A stretch of DNA of 64,000 nt from Candidatus Rokuibacteriota bacterium (GTDB taxonomy: Bacteria; Methylomirabilota; Methylomirabilia; Rokubacteriales; CSP1-6): contig QHSB01000233.1 in NCBI GenBank assembly GCA_003220335.1, forward strand, positions 5,397 through 69,396, read 5' to 3'. Shown one piece after another: positions 39,228 to 49,089 of the stretch (the first letter of the stretch is position 1; every line of letters starts with the position of its first letter). The notes beneath the pieces are model-generated. The model saw nothing but the letters and a program-made list of their open reading frames with translations, ran no database searches and was not told where the DNA came from. The translations under genes were made by a program, and so were the position numbers.

Positions 39228-41180
39228 CTACTCCATCAGGCTCGACGGCGGAAGCGTCGCCGGCGGCGTCGCGATGCGCGCTTCCCCGGGGGTGACCGTC
39301 ACGGACGTCGCCGCGGGGGCTGGCCGGCGGCGCTCGTGCCACCAGTCCCACGTCCCGAACGCCAGCACGATGGCGCTGGTGACGAGCGACACCGTCAGGT
39401 GGGGCGAGATCGCCGCCAGCGAGACGGCGGCGAGCAACGCGCGTTGGCCCCAGCCCAGCGGCCTGAACATGTGGCCGGCGAGCGAGGCGCAGAGGGCCGA
39501 GATGCCGATGACGGCGCAGACGAACGTCACGACGATCGTCGGCCAGTCGCCCTTCATCAAGAGCGCCGGCTGGTAGACGAAGAGAAAGGGGGCGAGGAAG
39601 CCGCCGATGCCGATGCGCGTGGCCTGCCATCCCGTGGTCATCGGGTTGGCGTTGGCGATCTGCGCCGCCGCGACGGCGGTGACGGCGACGGGCGGCGTGA
39701 CGTCGGCCAGCACCGCGTAGTAGAAGACGAACAGGTGCGCGGCCACGATGTCCACGTTGAGCTTGGCCAGCGCCGCGCCGCCCACGGTGACGGCGAGAAT
39801 GTAGGACGGCGTGGTGGGGATCCCGGTTCCGAGCACGGAGACGATCGCGAAGATCAGCAGGAGCGCCACGATCAGGTAGCCGCCCGAGAAATTCACGACG
39901 GTGCTCGAGAAGGCCAGGGCGACGCCGGTGCGGCTCATCGCCGCGACGATGAGACCCGAGGCCGCGAGCACGGCCGCGATCATCACGCCCGAGCGCATGG
40001 CCTCCGTCATCGTGGCGAAGATGCGCCGCGGCGTCATGGGCTGATCCCCGGCGACCCACGAGACGACGATGGCCGTCAGCAGGCTGTAGAGGGCGGCCTT
40101 CGACGGCGAGTACCCCGACTCGAGAAAATACAGCACGGCGACGAAGGGCGAGAAGAGCAGGGCGCGTCGCAGCAGGCTCGACAGCGGCGGCATCTCGGCC
40201 TTCATGGTGCCGATGCCGTGCGCGAGCGCCTCCCAGTGCACGGTGGCCATGATCGACAGGTAGTAGAGGATGGCGGGCAGCGCGGCGGCCACGATGATCT
40301 TCTGGTAGGGCACGCCCGTGAGCTCGGCCATGATGAAGGCGCCCGCGCCCATGATCGGCGGCATGAGCGGGCCGCCGCAGGACGCCGTCGCCTCGATGCC
40401 GGCGGCGATCTCCGGCTTGTAGCCGATCTTCTTCATGAGCGGGATCGTGAAGGTTCCCGTCGCGTAGCAATCGGCGACCGAGGAGCCGCTGATCGTCCCG
40501 TAGAGTCCCGACGAGAGCACCGCGACCTTGGCCGGCCCGCCGCGAAAGCGCCCGGCCAGGAGGATGGAGATGTCCATGAAGAACTGGCCGACGCCGGAGT
40601 GCAGCATGAACGCGGCGAACAGGATGAAGATCATCAGGAGGTTGGACGAGATTCCGGTGAGCGAGCCGAGCACGCCCTCGTCGGCGTAAAGGAAGAACAT
40701 CTCGATCAGCTGCGGATAGCTGTACGGCCGCGGCGATTGCAGAAAGCCCGGCATCCACGGCGCGACCACCAGGTACGCCATGAAGAGCAGCGTGGTGACG
40801 AAGAACCAGAAGCCCACCGCGCGGCGCGAGGCTTCGAGCACCGCGACGACCAGGATGGTGCCGAGAATCACCTGGCCGGTGCTGACCGGGTGCACGCCCT
40901 CCCAGCGCTCGGTCAGCTCCTGCGCGTAGCGGATGACGTACAGGCACGGCACCGCGGACAGCGCGACCCCCGCCCAGTCCACGAGCGTGACGCGGTTCTC
41001 GGGCGAGCGCTTGCCGGCGGGGAAGAGCACGAACGCGAGCGGGATCAGGAACAGGAGGTGGATGGCGCGCATCTCGCGCGGCTCCCACGCTCCCGCGTAC
41101 GCCGTCCAGATGTGGAACAGGGCGGCGGCGGCGGCCCAGCCGCCCACCGCCCAGCCCACGACGCCGGAGAGCCTGCGCAT
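39228..41180 (-). CDS. TRAP transporter fused permease (TAXI-type)
   Basis: 650 aa, highly hydrophobic, about 16-18 TM spans. Directly downstream of a TAXI solute receptor. Confidence 0.85.
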   Translation of the reverse strand: MRRLSGVVGWAVGGWAAAAALFHIWTAYAGAWEPREMRAIHLLFLIPLAFVLFPAGKRSPENRVTLVDWAGVALSAVPCLYVIRYAQELTERWEGVHPVSTGQVILGTILVVAVLEASRRAVGFWFFVTTLLFMAYLVVAPWMPGFLQSPRPYSYPQLIEMFFLYADEGVLGSLTGISSNLLMIFILFAAFMLHSGVGQFFMDISILLAGRFRGGPAKVAVLSSGLYGTISGSSVADCYATGTFTIPLMKKIGYKPEIAAGIEATASCGGPLMPPIMGAGAFIMAELTGVPYQKIIVAAALPAILYYLSIMATVHWEALAHGIGTMKAEMPPLSSLLRRALLFSPFVAVLYFLESGYSPSKAALYSLLTAIVVSWVAGDQPMTPRRIFATMTEAMRSGVMIAAVLAASGLIVAAMSRTGVALAFSSTVVNFSGGYLIVALLLIFAIVSVLGTGIPTTPSYILAVTVGGAALAKLNVDIVAAHLFVFYYAVLADVTPPVAVTAVAAAQIANANPMTTGWQATRIGIGGFLAPFLFVYQPALLMKGDWPTIVVTFVCAVIGISALCASLAGHMFRPLGWGQRALLAAVSLAAISPHLTVSLVTSAIVLAFGTWDWWHERRRPAPAATSVTVTPGEARIATPPATLPPSSLME

Positions 41181-41184
41181 GCCG

Positions 41185-42168
41185 CTACTTCAGCAGGCCG
41201 GCTTCCTTGTACGCCTTCTCCGCGCCGGGGTGCAGCGGCACGTTGGCCAGGCGCACGGCGTCCTTGGGTTCGAAGTCCTTGAACGCGGGATGGACCTTCC
41301 GGACGCCGTTGACGTCGGCGAGCAGCACCTTCGTGAACTGGTAAATGACGTCGGCCGGCACTTTCTGGTTCGCCACGATGGTGTTGGCCATGGTGATGGT
41401 CGGGATGTCCTTGTCGTTGTTCACGACGTCCTTGTACGAGCCCCTGGGGATCACGCCGCGCGACAGGCCGTGGCCCTCGAGGAACTTGATGCAGTCGTCG
41501 TCCAGCGGCAGGATCTTCATCTTCCGGGCGAGCGAGGCCTCCTGGATGGCCGCGCCGGGCACGGCGAGGTTGGCGAAGAAGACGTCCATGTTGCGGTCGC
41601 GGTATTGCGTGGTCAGATCGCTATAGGACACGAGGATGACCTTGCCGCCCTTCGCGCGCACGTCGGCATACGTGGTCTTGTAGAACTCGAAGACCTTGCG
41701 CATCACCCACTCGTCGGAGCCGCCGGGAGGCGTGGTGCCGATGGTGATGGGCTTGGTCTTGGCGATCTCGAAGACATCCTTCATGGTATTCGCGGGGTAT
41801 TCGACCGGCACGCCGACCTGGATGTGGACGTAGCCGAGCCCGTTCATCACCAGCCGCATGTCCGGGTGCTTGTCCTTGTAGGGATCCTGGCCGTTGTACG
41901 AGGCCGCGATGAACGGCGGCAGGCCCCACGCGATCTCGGTCTCGCCCTGCTGGAGCTTGGACATGTTCTGGATGCCGGCGCCCGGCACCACCTTGATGTT
42001 GAACGACGGGTCCTTCGACTTGATCAGCTCGACGAAGCCGCCCGCCTGCGAGTACCAGCCGCCGCCGACCTGGCCCGCCGTCCACGTGAGGTTCTTCTGC
42101 TGCGCCGTCGCCGTCAGCGCGGGTACGACCAGCGCCAGCGCCGCCGTGATCACGATCGCTCTCCTCAT
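41185..42168 (-). CDS. TAXI-family TRAP solute-binding protein
   Basis: Signal peptide. TWTAGQVGGGWY...GE.EIAWG... resembles the NMT1/TAXI pattern. 327 aa. Confidence 0.8.
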   Translation of the reverse strand: MRRAIVITAALALVVPALTATAQQKNLTWTAGQVGGGWYSQAGGFVELIKSKDPSFNIKVVPGAGIQNMSKLQQGETEIAWGLPPFIAASYNGQDPYKDKHPDMRLVMNGLGYVHIQVGVPVEYPANTMKDVFEIAKTKPITIGTTPPGGSDEWVMRKVFEFYKTTYADVRAKGGKVILVSYSDLTTQYRDRNMDVFFANLAVPGAAIQEASLARKMKILPLDDDCIKFLEGHGLSRGVIPRGSYKDVVNNDKDIPTITMANTIVANQKVPADVIYQFTKVLLADVNGVRKVHPAFKDFEPKDAVRLANVPLHPGAEKAYKEAGLLK

Positions 42169-42184
42169 GACTCCTCCTCCTTGC

Positions 42185-43321
42185 TCACCGTCGCCGGCAC
42201 TCGTTCAGTGCCGTCTCGTCCACGTCCACGCCGAGCCCGGGGCCGTCCAGCGCGAGGATGGCGCCGTCGGCGTACGAGACCGGCCGGCGCACCACGTCGC
42301 CCTTGAGCAGCAGCGGGCCGAACAGCTCGCAGCCCCACGTCACCGGCGACGCCGCCAGCGCAACGTGCAGGTAGGCGGCGGTGCCGAGCGAGGTCTCGAT
42401 CATGCAGCCGACGTAGCAGCCCATCCCCGCCGCCTGCGCGATCCGCGCGATGGCCATGGTGCCCAGGATGCCGGCCGACTTCGTGAGCTTGAGCGCCAGG
42501 ATCGACACGCCGCCGAGCCGCGCGATGGCGAGCGCGTCGTGCTCGCTGCCGCACGACTCGTCGGCCATGATCGGCGTCGGCGAGCGCCGCGCGAGCTCCG
42601 CCATGCCGTCGAGGTCCCAGCGCGGCAGCGGCTGCTCGATGAAATCGAGGCCGTACGGCTCGAGCGCGCGCACCGCGGCCAGCGCGGTCGGGCGATCCCA
42701 GCCCTGGTTGGCGTCCACGCGCAGCGCAACGCCGGGGCCGACCGTCTCGCGGATGCGTCGCACGCGCTCCACGTCCACGCGCAGGGGATGGGCGGCCGTC
42801 TTGATCTTGAAGATGCGGTGGCCGAGCGCGACTTTCTCGCGCGCCTCTTCGAGCTCGGCCTCGAGGCCGCCGACGGCGAGCGACCACGACAGCGGCACGC
42901 GCTCGCGCACGCGGCCGCCGAGCAGCCGGTGGACGGGCACGCCGAGGGCGCGCCCGTTGAGATCCCAGAGCGCCATCTCCACCGCCGCGCGCGCGAAGGG
43001 GTTGCCCTGCACGCGTCTGGCCATCTCGATCCGCAGCGGCTCGATGCCCGCCGCGTCGCGGCCGACGAGCCAGGGCGCGATGTAGCGCTCGAGCACGACC
43101 TGCACGGACTCCGCCGACTCCTCGCTCCACGTCGGGCCGCCGAGGCACGCCGCCTCGCCCCAGCCGACGAGACCGCCGCGCGTCTCGATCCGCACGAAGG
43201 CGAAGTTGACCGCCTCCAGCGTGGTGAACGACATCTTGTGCGGACGCTTGACGGGGATGTCCGCCAGCCGTACGCGGACGTCCGCGATCGTCAGGTCACT
43301 CGACGCTCGTTCACTCGGCAT
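42185..43321 (-). CDS. Enolase-superfamily enzyme (mandelate racemase / muconate lactonising family)
   Basis: FKIKT, RVDANQGW, IEQP, ADES carry the metal-ligand and catalytic-Lys pattern. 378 aa. Confidence 0.85.
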   Translation of the reverse strand: MPSERASSDLTIADVRVRLADIPVKRPHKMSFTTLEAVNFAFVRIETRGGLVGWGEAACLGGPTWSEESAESVQVVLERYIAPWLVGRDAAGIEPLRIEMARRVQGNPFARAAVEMALWDLNGRALGVPVHRLLGGRVRERVPLSWSLAVGGLEAELEEAREKVALGHRIFKIKTAAHPLRVDVERVRRIRETVGPGVALRVDANQGWDRPTALAAVRALEPYGLDFIEQPLPRWDLDGMAELARRSPTPIMADESCGSEHDALAIARLGGVSILALKLTKSAGILGTMAIARIAQAAGMGCYVGCMIETSLGTAAYLHVALAASPVTWGCELFGPLLLKGDVVRRPVSYADGAILALDGPGLGVDVDETALNECRRR

Positions 43322-44474
43322 CGGGCCCCTGGTCGTGCGCCTTCGCGCGGCCCTGCGCGAAGCGGCCGGGGTCGAAGAGCGAGAGATCCATCGACGGCGT
43401 GCCGTTCACGATCCAGTCCGCGACGTGTCGCCCGGTGGCGGGCGAGTGCTGGAAACCGTGGCCGCCGAAGCCCACGGCGAGGAAGAAGCCCTGCACGCCG
43501 GGCGCCCAGCCGATGATGGCGTGGTCGTCGGGCGTGAGCGGGCGCAGGCCCGCCCAGCCGCCGGCGATCGTCGCCTGCTCGAGGACGGGCACGCGAGCGA
43601 CGGCCTTCGTGACCGCCTCCTCGATCTTGGCCCGGTCGACCGGCACCTCGAAGTCGGTGCCGATGTCCTCGACGTCGCCCGGGCTCAGCAGCACCTGCTC
43701 CAGCTCCTTGCGGAAGTAGAAGCCGCTCGCGCGGTCCGTGGTGAGCGGGATCGGTCCGGGGATCTCGGGGAAGGGCTCGGTGTAGAAGATATGGCGTCGG
43801 CGCGGATGCACGGCGATCTCGACGCCCGCGAGGCGGCCGACGCTCGCCGCGACCGGTCCCGCCGCGTTGATCACGAGCGGTGCCGACATCGCGCCGTCGG
43901 TGGTCGTGACGCCACTGACGCGATCACCCGCGCGCTCGATCGCGGTGACGCGCACGCCCTCGGCGATCGTCACACCGCGCTGGCGCGCGCGCTTCGCGAA
44001 GCCGTTGGTGACCTCCGCCGGGCCCGCGAGGCCGTCGCCCGGTCCCCACACGGCGGCGATCAGATCGTCGACGCGCAGCGCGGGCACGAGCTTCTTGGCG
44101 TCGGCGGGCGCGATCACGCGCACGTCGACGCCGAGCCGTCGCTGCAGGGCGATCCGCGGCTCGAAGCCGCGCAGGTCGTCGGGATCGGAGACGAGGAAGA
44201 GGTAGCCGATCTTCTTGTAGCCGGGATCGACGCCGAACTCCTCCTCGAACCGCTCGAAGACCTCGATGGCCTCCAGCGAGAAGCGGATCTCCGTCTCCGT
44301 CGGGAACTGCGCGCGGATACCGCCGGCGGCCTTCGAGGTGGTGCCGCTGCCCACCGTCTCGCGCTCGATGACCACAACGTCGCGCACGCCGCGCCCAGCG
44401 AGGTGATAGGCGATGGAGCAGCCGACCACGCCGCCTCCGATGATCACGATGCTGGCCGTGCGGGGAAGGCTCAC
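43311..44474 (-). CDS. FAD-dependent oxidoreductase (DAO / sarcosine-oxidase-beta-like)
   Basis: The N-terminal IVIIGGGVVGCSIAYHLA is a dinucleotide fold with a DAO-family layout. GTG start. The 3' end overlaps the next gene by 11 nt. Confidence 0.85.
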   Translation of the reverse strand: MSLPRTASIVIIGGGVVGCSIAYHLAGRGVRDVVVIERETVGSGTTSKAAGGIRAQFPTETEIRFSLEAIEVFERFEEEFGVDPGYKKIGYLFLVSDPDDLRGFEPRIALQRRLGVDVRVIAPADAKKLVPALRVDDLIAAVWGPGDGLAGPAEVTNGFAKRARQRGVTIAEGVRVTAIERAGDRVSGVTTTDGAMSAPLVINAAGPVAASVGRLAGVEIAVHPRRRHIFYTEPFPEIPGPIPLTTDRASGFYFRKELEQVLLSPGDVEDIGTDFEVPVDRAKIEEAVTKAVARVPVLEQATIAGGWAGLRPLTPDDHAIIGWAPGVQGFFLAVGFGGHGFQHSPATGRHVADWIVNGTPSMDLSLFDPGRFAQGRAKAHDQGPDAE

Positions 44475-44598
44475 AGCGGCCGGATGTTACCAGATCGCCA
44501 CGGGAGCGTCGCCGGCGCCACATCATGGTGACACGGTTGACGTCTAGGCTGCCCCCGTCGGTCGTCGTCATTCCTTCAACCAGACAGACGGAGGACGC

Positions 44599-46242
44599 AT
44601 GAGACACGTACTGCTCTGCCGCATGCTGTTCGCCGCAGCCGTGCTGCTGCCGCCCGCGCACGCGCTCGCCGCCGATCCCACCCACGTTCCGAGCGCCCAC
44701 CCGAAGTCGCCGGGCGTGGTCGCGCCCACCGTGCTCTCGCCCGAGCTGGCGGAGGTGATCCGGGCCCAGGGTGCGATGCGGCTGGAGAATCCCGTGTCAC
44801 CGGCGAAGTACTACGGTTACAACGACGACAAGCCGAACCACGTGCCGATCCCGCCGCTATTCAACAGCGAGGCCCACAAGACGGAGCCCGACAAGAACAC
44901 CTACCTCCGTCTCTCGGGCCAGCGAGGCGCCGATCCCAACTACGACTACGGCCACGACTTCCTCTTCCAGGGCCACGAGTCCGGCGTCGACGGCCAGGGT
45001 TACATCACCCGGATCAACCTCGCCGCCGACGGCGGGCACCGGGTGACGCTCATGGCCACCAAGGACGTCACCGGCAAGTCGCTGCCGGTGTTCGACGGCT
45101 CCACGTGGTATCCGTGGGCCCAGCGCCTGCTGTTCACCTTCGAGGGCGGCAACGCGGGCGGCGTGTGGCAGGCGACCCTCGATGTCCCGTCGAAGGTCGA
45201 GGACATCTCGGGCGCGCTCGGCCGCGGCGGCTACGAGGGCATCCAGGCGGATCTGGACGGCAATCTGTGGATCGTCGAGGACGTCGGCGGCGCGACGGGC
45301 GCGGTCAACAGCCACGCGCGGCGGCCGAACAGCTTCGTGTTCCGTTTCAAGCCGTACGACCCCAAGGACCTGCTCGGCGGGGGCGGCAAGCTGCAGGTGC
45401 TGGCCGTGTATTCGCTGCAGCCTGCGGGCGGGATCATCCTCTTCAACAGCGCCACCGCTGACGCGGACATTCTGTCGGCCGACGTCATGGACCTGCATAC
45501 CTATGGCAAGGTGTTCAAGACGAAGTGGGTGACGATCCACGACACCGCGACGAACGGCAAGGATCCGTTCGATGCCAACAAGCTGGCGAAGGGCAAGGGC
45601 ACGCCGTTCAAGCGCCCGGAGAACGGCGTCTTCCGTCCCGGCACGCACTTCCGCGAGTTCTTCTTCACCGAGACCGGCGACACGAATGCGCTCACGGAGG
45701 CCGCAAGCGCCTTCGGCGGCTTCGGCGGCCTCTTCAAGCTCTCGCAGCGGCACCCGTCGGACGACGACGGCTCGCTGACGCTCTTCTTCCGCGGAGACGT
45801 CGCCCACACCGGTTTCGACAACATCCAGTTCTGGTCCAAGGACAAGCTCGTGTCCGTGGAGGACGGGGGTGACACGCTGCACACCCAGCGGAATGCCCTC
45901 GACTCGGCGTACATGTTCGACGTGCGGAAGGATTACAGCGACCCGGCCAACCAGCCGATCCGCATCCTGGCCCAGGGTCGCGATCCGTCCGCGACGATCG
46001 ACGCCGGCGCGCCCGGACTCGGGAACGACGGCGACAACGAGATCACCGGGTTCCACGTCTCGAACGGCGATCCGAGCGTCGGCGGCATCCTCGGGGCCAA
46101 GAACCCGCGGCCGTTCGAGGACGGTTGGCGCGTCTTCTACACCCAGCAGCACGGCGACAACGTGACGTGGGAGATCATTCCGAATCCGTGGACGGACGGG
46201 GGCGAGCGCATGCTCGACCGCGACGACGACGACCGCGACTAG
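44599..46242 (+). CDS. Secreted beta-propeller-like protein, possibly PhoX/DUF839-related
   Basis: GGAGG RBS. Signal peptide ending AHALA. EGIQADLDGNLWIVED and a C-terminal ...FYTQQHGDN resemble PhoX-type propellers. The family assignment is tentative. Confidence 0.5.
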   Translation: MRHVLLCRMLFAAAVLLPPAHALAADPTHVPSAHPKSPGVVAPTVLSPELAEVIRAQGAMRLENPVSPAKYYGYNDDKPNHVPIPPLFNSEAHKTEPDKNTYLRLSGQRGADPNYDYGHDFLFQGHESGVDGQGYITRINLAADGGHRVTLMATKDVTGKSLPVFDGSTWYPWAQRLLFTFEGGNAGGVWQATLDVPSKVEDISGALGRGGYEGIQADLDGNLWIVEDVGGATGAVNSHARRPNSFVFRFKPYDPKDLLGGGGKLQVLAVYSLQPAGGIILFNSATADADILSADVMDLHTYGKVFKTKWVTIHDTATNGKDPFDANKLAKGKGTPFKRPENGVFRPGTHFREFFFTETGDTNALTEAASAFGGFGGLFKLSQRHPSDDDGSLTLFFRGDVAHTGFDNIQFWSKDKLVSVEDGGDTLHTQRNALDSAYMFDVRKDYSDPANQPIRILAQGRDPSATIDAGAPGLGNDGDNEITGFHVSNGDPSVGGILGAKNPRPFEDGWRVFYTQQHGDNVTWEIIPNPWTDGGERMLDRDDDDRD

Positions 46243-46258
46243 CGCCTGAGCGGCAAGA

Positions 46259-46286
46259 CGGCGGCGGCGCGCCCGCGCCGCCGCCG
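46259..46286 (+). terminator. GC-rich hairpin downstream of 44599..46242
   Basis: CGGCGGCGGCGCG-cc-CGCGCCGCCGCCG, 13-bp arms, 17 nt after the stop. No U-tract. Confidence 0.45.
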
Positions 46287-46342
46287 GCCCCTCAGCGGCC
46301 AGCGGTCAATGCTATCATCCTGCTAGCAGAGAGGAGGTAGCC

Positions 46343-46576
46343 ATGGCCGACGTCCTCGTCCGGGGGTTGGCCCCGAAGGTCCTCGCCCGACTCAAGTCTC
46401 AGGCGAAGCGCAAAGGTCGCTCGCTGCAGGCCGAGATGAAGGACGCTCTCGAGCGCGCCGCGGCGGCTCCCGACGAGTCCGACATCCCCGAAGGCATCAG
46501 ACGCGTACGCGCCATGCTGCGCGGCAAGCGCTTCAGCGACAGCACGCTGCTGATTCGAGAAGACCGCGAGCGGTGA
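46343..46576 (+). CDS. vapB: Ribbon-helix-helix antitoxin (FitA/VapB-like)
   Basis: 77 aa. MADVLVRGLAPKVLARLKSQAKRKGRSLQAEMKDAL is the Arc/MetJ-type N-terminus. GAGGAGG RBS. Overlaps the PIN gene. Confidence 0.8.
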   Translation: MADVLVRGLAPKVLARLKSQAKRKGRSLQAEMKDALERAAAAPDESDIPEGIRRVRAMLRGKRFSDSTLLIREDRER

Positions 46577-46995
46577 GCGCGTTCGTCGTCGACGCCAGTG
46601 TTGCCGTGAAATGGTTCTTTCCCGAGGCGCACGAGGCGGACGCGCTGCGTCTCGTCCGCGGTCGACACGACCTGCTTGTGCCCGATGTCTTCTTCTCCGA
46701 GTTCGGCAACACGCTCTGGAAACGCCTCAGACGGCGTGAGACGACTCCGGCCGTCGCGACGAGGGCGATCGACGAGCTGAGCCGTCTGTTCTTCCAGGTT
46801 CATCCATCGCAAGCGCTCGTTCCGCTCGCGCTCGATCTCGCGACGCGATTTGACCGCAGTGTCTATGACAGCATGTACCTCGCGGTGGCCGTCCTTCGGC
46901 ATTGTCCCGTCGTCACCGCAGACCGTCGACTCCACGACGCGCTCGCGGAGGGCCCGCTGCGTTCCCACATTCTCTGGGTCGCCGACGTTCCCTGA
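46573..46995 (+). CDS. vapC: PIN-domain toxin
   Basis: 140 aa. A GTG start overlaps the vapB stop. VVDASV...E...D..Y.A.A......VVTAD carries the acidic PIN residues. Confidence 0.85.
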   Translation: MSAFVVDASVAVKWFFPEAHEADALRLVRGRHDLLVPDVFFSEFGNTLWKRLRRRETTPAVATRAIDELSRLFFQVHPSQALVPLALDLATRFDRSVYDSMYLAVAVLRHCPVVTADRRLHDALAEGPLRSHILWVADVP

Positions 46996-47014
46996 CCCCG
47001 CGTATACTTCCTGC

Positions 47015-48667
47015 ATGCTCGATCCGGTCACCATCTCGGTCCTGACGCATCGCTTCTCCGCCATCGTCGAGGAGATGGGCGAGGCGATGCTGCGCACGGC
47101 GTACTCGCAGATCCTCAACTCCAGCCGTGACTTCTCCACCGCGATCTGCGACGGCCAGGCGCGGCTCGTCGCCCAGGCCGAGCACGTGCCGATTCACGTG
47201 GGCGCCATCCCGTGGGCGGTGGAGTCCGTGCGTGACTTCTTCGGCGCGCGCGTGCGGCCGGGCGACGTCTTCCTGCTGAACGATCCGTACCACGGCAACA
47301 ACCACCTGCCGGACCTCACCGCCTTCGTGCCGGTCTTCGTGGACGGGCAGGTGGCCTTCTGGTCGATCAACCGCGCCCATCAGTCGGACATCGGCGGCTC
47401 CACGCACGGCGCCTACAACCCGGGCGCGACCGAGATCTGGCAGGAGGGGCTCCGGATCACGCCGCTCAAGCTCTACGACGCCGGCGAGCTGCGCGACGAC
47501 GTGCTGAAGATGATCACGACCAACGTGCGCCACCCGCACGACTTCATGGGCGATCTGCGGGCGATGATCGGCTCGGCGCGCGTGGGCGAGCGCCGTCTGC
47601 TCGCGCTGGTCGAGGACTATGGCAGCAAGACGGTCGTGGAGGCGGTGGACGAGATCCTCGACGGCGCCGAGCGCCAGGCGCGGGCGACCATCCGCGGCTG
47701 GAAGGACGGCACGTACCGCGGCGAGGCGATTCTCGACGACGACGGCCACGGGATCGAGAACATCGCGATCCGCGCGACGGTGACGAAGAAGGGCGACGGC
47801 CTCATCGTGGACCTGAGCGCCTCCGATCCCCAGGTGAAGGGTTTCGTGAACTCGTCCTTCCCCAACACGATGTCCTCCGTGCACATGGCGCTCGCGTTCC
47901 TCATCGACCCGCGCACCCCGAAGAACTCCGGCACCTTCCGCCCGGTGAAGGTGATCACGCGCGAGGGCACGATCGTGCATCCGCGGCCGCCCGCGCCGGT
48001 CACGCTGGCGACCAACCATTGCGCGCAGGAGATCGCCGAGGCCGTCATCAAGGCGCTCGCGCGCGCGTGCCCCGACCGCGCCATCGCCGGCTGGTCGCGC
48101 CGCTTCCGCATCGCGATCAAGGGCGTGAATCCGCGCACGAAGCGGCCGTTCATCTGGCACATGTTCCACGCGCGCGGCGGCGGCGGCGCCTCGCCCGCGG
48201 GCGACGGCTGGGAGACCGCGGGCGAAGGCCAGGCGGTCGGCGGGATCAAGTTCGGCTCGGTGGAGGTGGCCGAGGTGCGCTTCCCGCTGACCTTCGAGCG
48301 GCACGAGTTCCGTCCCGACTCGGCCGGCGACGGCCAGCACCGCGGCGGCGTGGGCTCCGTGCTGCGCCTGCGCGTGGACACGACGGAGGACGGCGTGGCC
48401 AACACCGCCGGCGACGGCACGCGCCACCCTTCCTACGGCATCCTCGGCGGCCGGGACGGCCTGCCGCACCGCTACCGCCTGCTCTCGCGGGGCCGCGCCC
48501 CACGCGTGCTGAAGACGAAGGAAGTCGGCATCCCGGTGCGGCCGGGCGACGTGTTCTTCGTCGAGTCGGCGGGCGGCGGCGGCTGGGGCCCCTCGGCCAA
48601 GCGCCGCCGTGACGCGCGCGCCGCCGACGCGGCGAACGGCTTCGTCCGACGCCGCGCGCGTGGCTGA
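47015..48667 (+). CDS. hyuB: Hydantoinase B / oxoprolinase-family protein
   Basis: ATG at 47015. MLDPVTISVLTHRFSAIVEEMGEAMLRTAYSQILNSSRDFSTAICD is the canonical HyuB N-terminus. 550 aa. Confidence 0.9.
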   Translation: MLDPVTISVLTHRFSAIVEEMGEAMLRTAYSQILNSSRDFSTAICDGQARLVAQAEHVPIHVGAIPWAVESVRDFFGARVRPGDVFLLNDPYHGNNHLPDLTAFVPVFVDGQVAFWSINRAHQSDIGGSTHGAYNPGATEIWQEGLRITPLKLYDAGELRDDVLKMITTNVRHPHDFMGDLRAMIGSARVGERRLLALVEDYGSKTVVEAVDEILDGAERQARATIRGWKDGTYRGEAILDDDGHGIENIAIRATVTKKGDGLIVDLSASDPQVKGFVNSSFPNTMSSVHMALAFLIDPRTPKNSGTFRPVKVITREGTIVHPRPPAPVTLATNHCAQEIAEAVIKALARACPDRAIAGWSRRFRIAIKGVNPRTKRPFIWHMFHARGGGGASPAGDGWETAGEGQAVGGIKFGSVEVAEVRFPLTFERHEFRPDSAGDGQHRGGVGSVLRLRVDTTEDGVANTAGDGTRHPSYGILGGRDGLPHRYRLLSRGRAPRVLKTKEVGIPVRPGDVFFVESAGGGGWGPSAKRRRDARAADAANGFVRRRARG

Positions 48668-49088
48668 CGACCTGCTCGCCGTCGCGCGCGACCGCGCGCG
48701 CAGCAATCGCTTCTGGCAGCACCTCGGCATCGACGTCGTCGACGTGCGTGAGGCGTGGGCAAAGCTGCGCGTCAAGGTGAGCGACGAGCTGCGCAACGCG
48801 CCCGGCGCCCCCGTGCACGGCGGTGTCTACGCAGCGCTGGTCGACGCGGCGATCGGCTGCGCCCTGGCCACGGTGAATCCCGAGTCCGCCGGCGGTGTGG
48901 GACAGACGACGCTGGACCTGAACGTCACTTATATCGCCGCGGCGCGCGGCCCCACGATCTTCGCGGAGGGCACGCTGCTGCGGCGCGGCCGCACCGTTGC
49001 CTTCGGCGAGGTACGGGTGACCGACGACACCGGCGCCCTCGTCGCGGTCGGCCGCGCGACCTACCTCATTCTGCCTGCCCGCGGCTAA
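48660..49088 (+). CDS. PaaI/hotdog-fold thioesterase
   Basis: NAPGAPVHGGVYAALVDAAIG.A...TLDLNV.Y......A.G....GRT.A.....V.D. The start is either GTG 48660 or ATG 48609; both overlap the end of hyuB. Confidence 0.8.
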   Translation: MADDLLAVARDRARSNRFWQHLGIDVVDVREAWAKLRVKVSDELRNAPGAPVHGGVYAALVDAAIGCALATVNPESAGGVGQTTLDLNVTYIAAARGPTIFAEGTLLRRGRTVAFGEVRVTDDTGALVAVGRATYLILPARG

Positions 49089-49089
49089 C

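Noticed and set aside
39070-41282. 672-aa minus-strand and 648-aa plus-strand ORFs over the TRAP permease.
   Set aside because: The 650-aa frame (39228..41180) is the only one with a coherent polytopic membrane profile.
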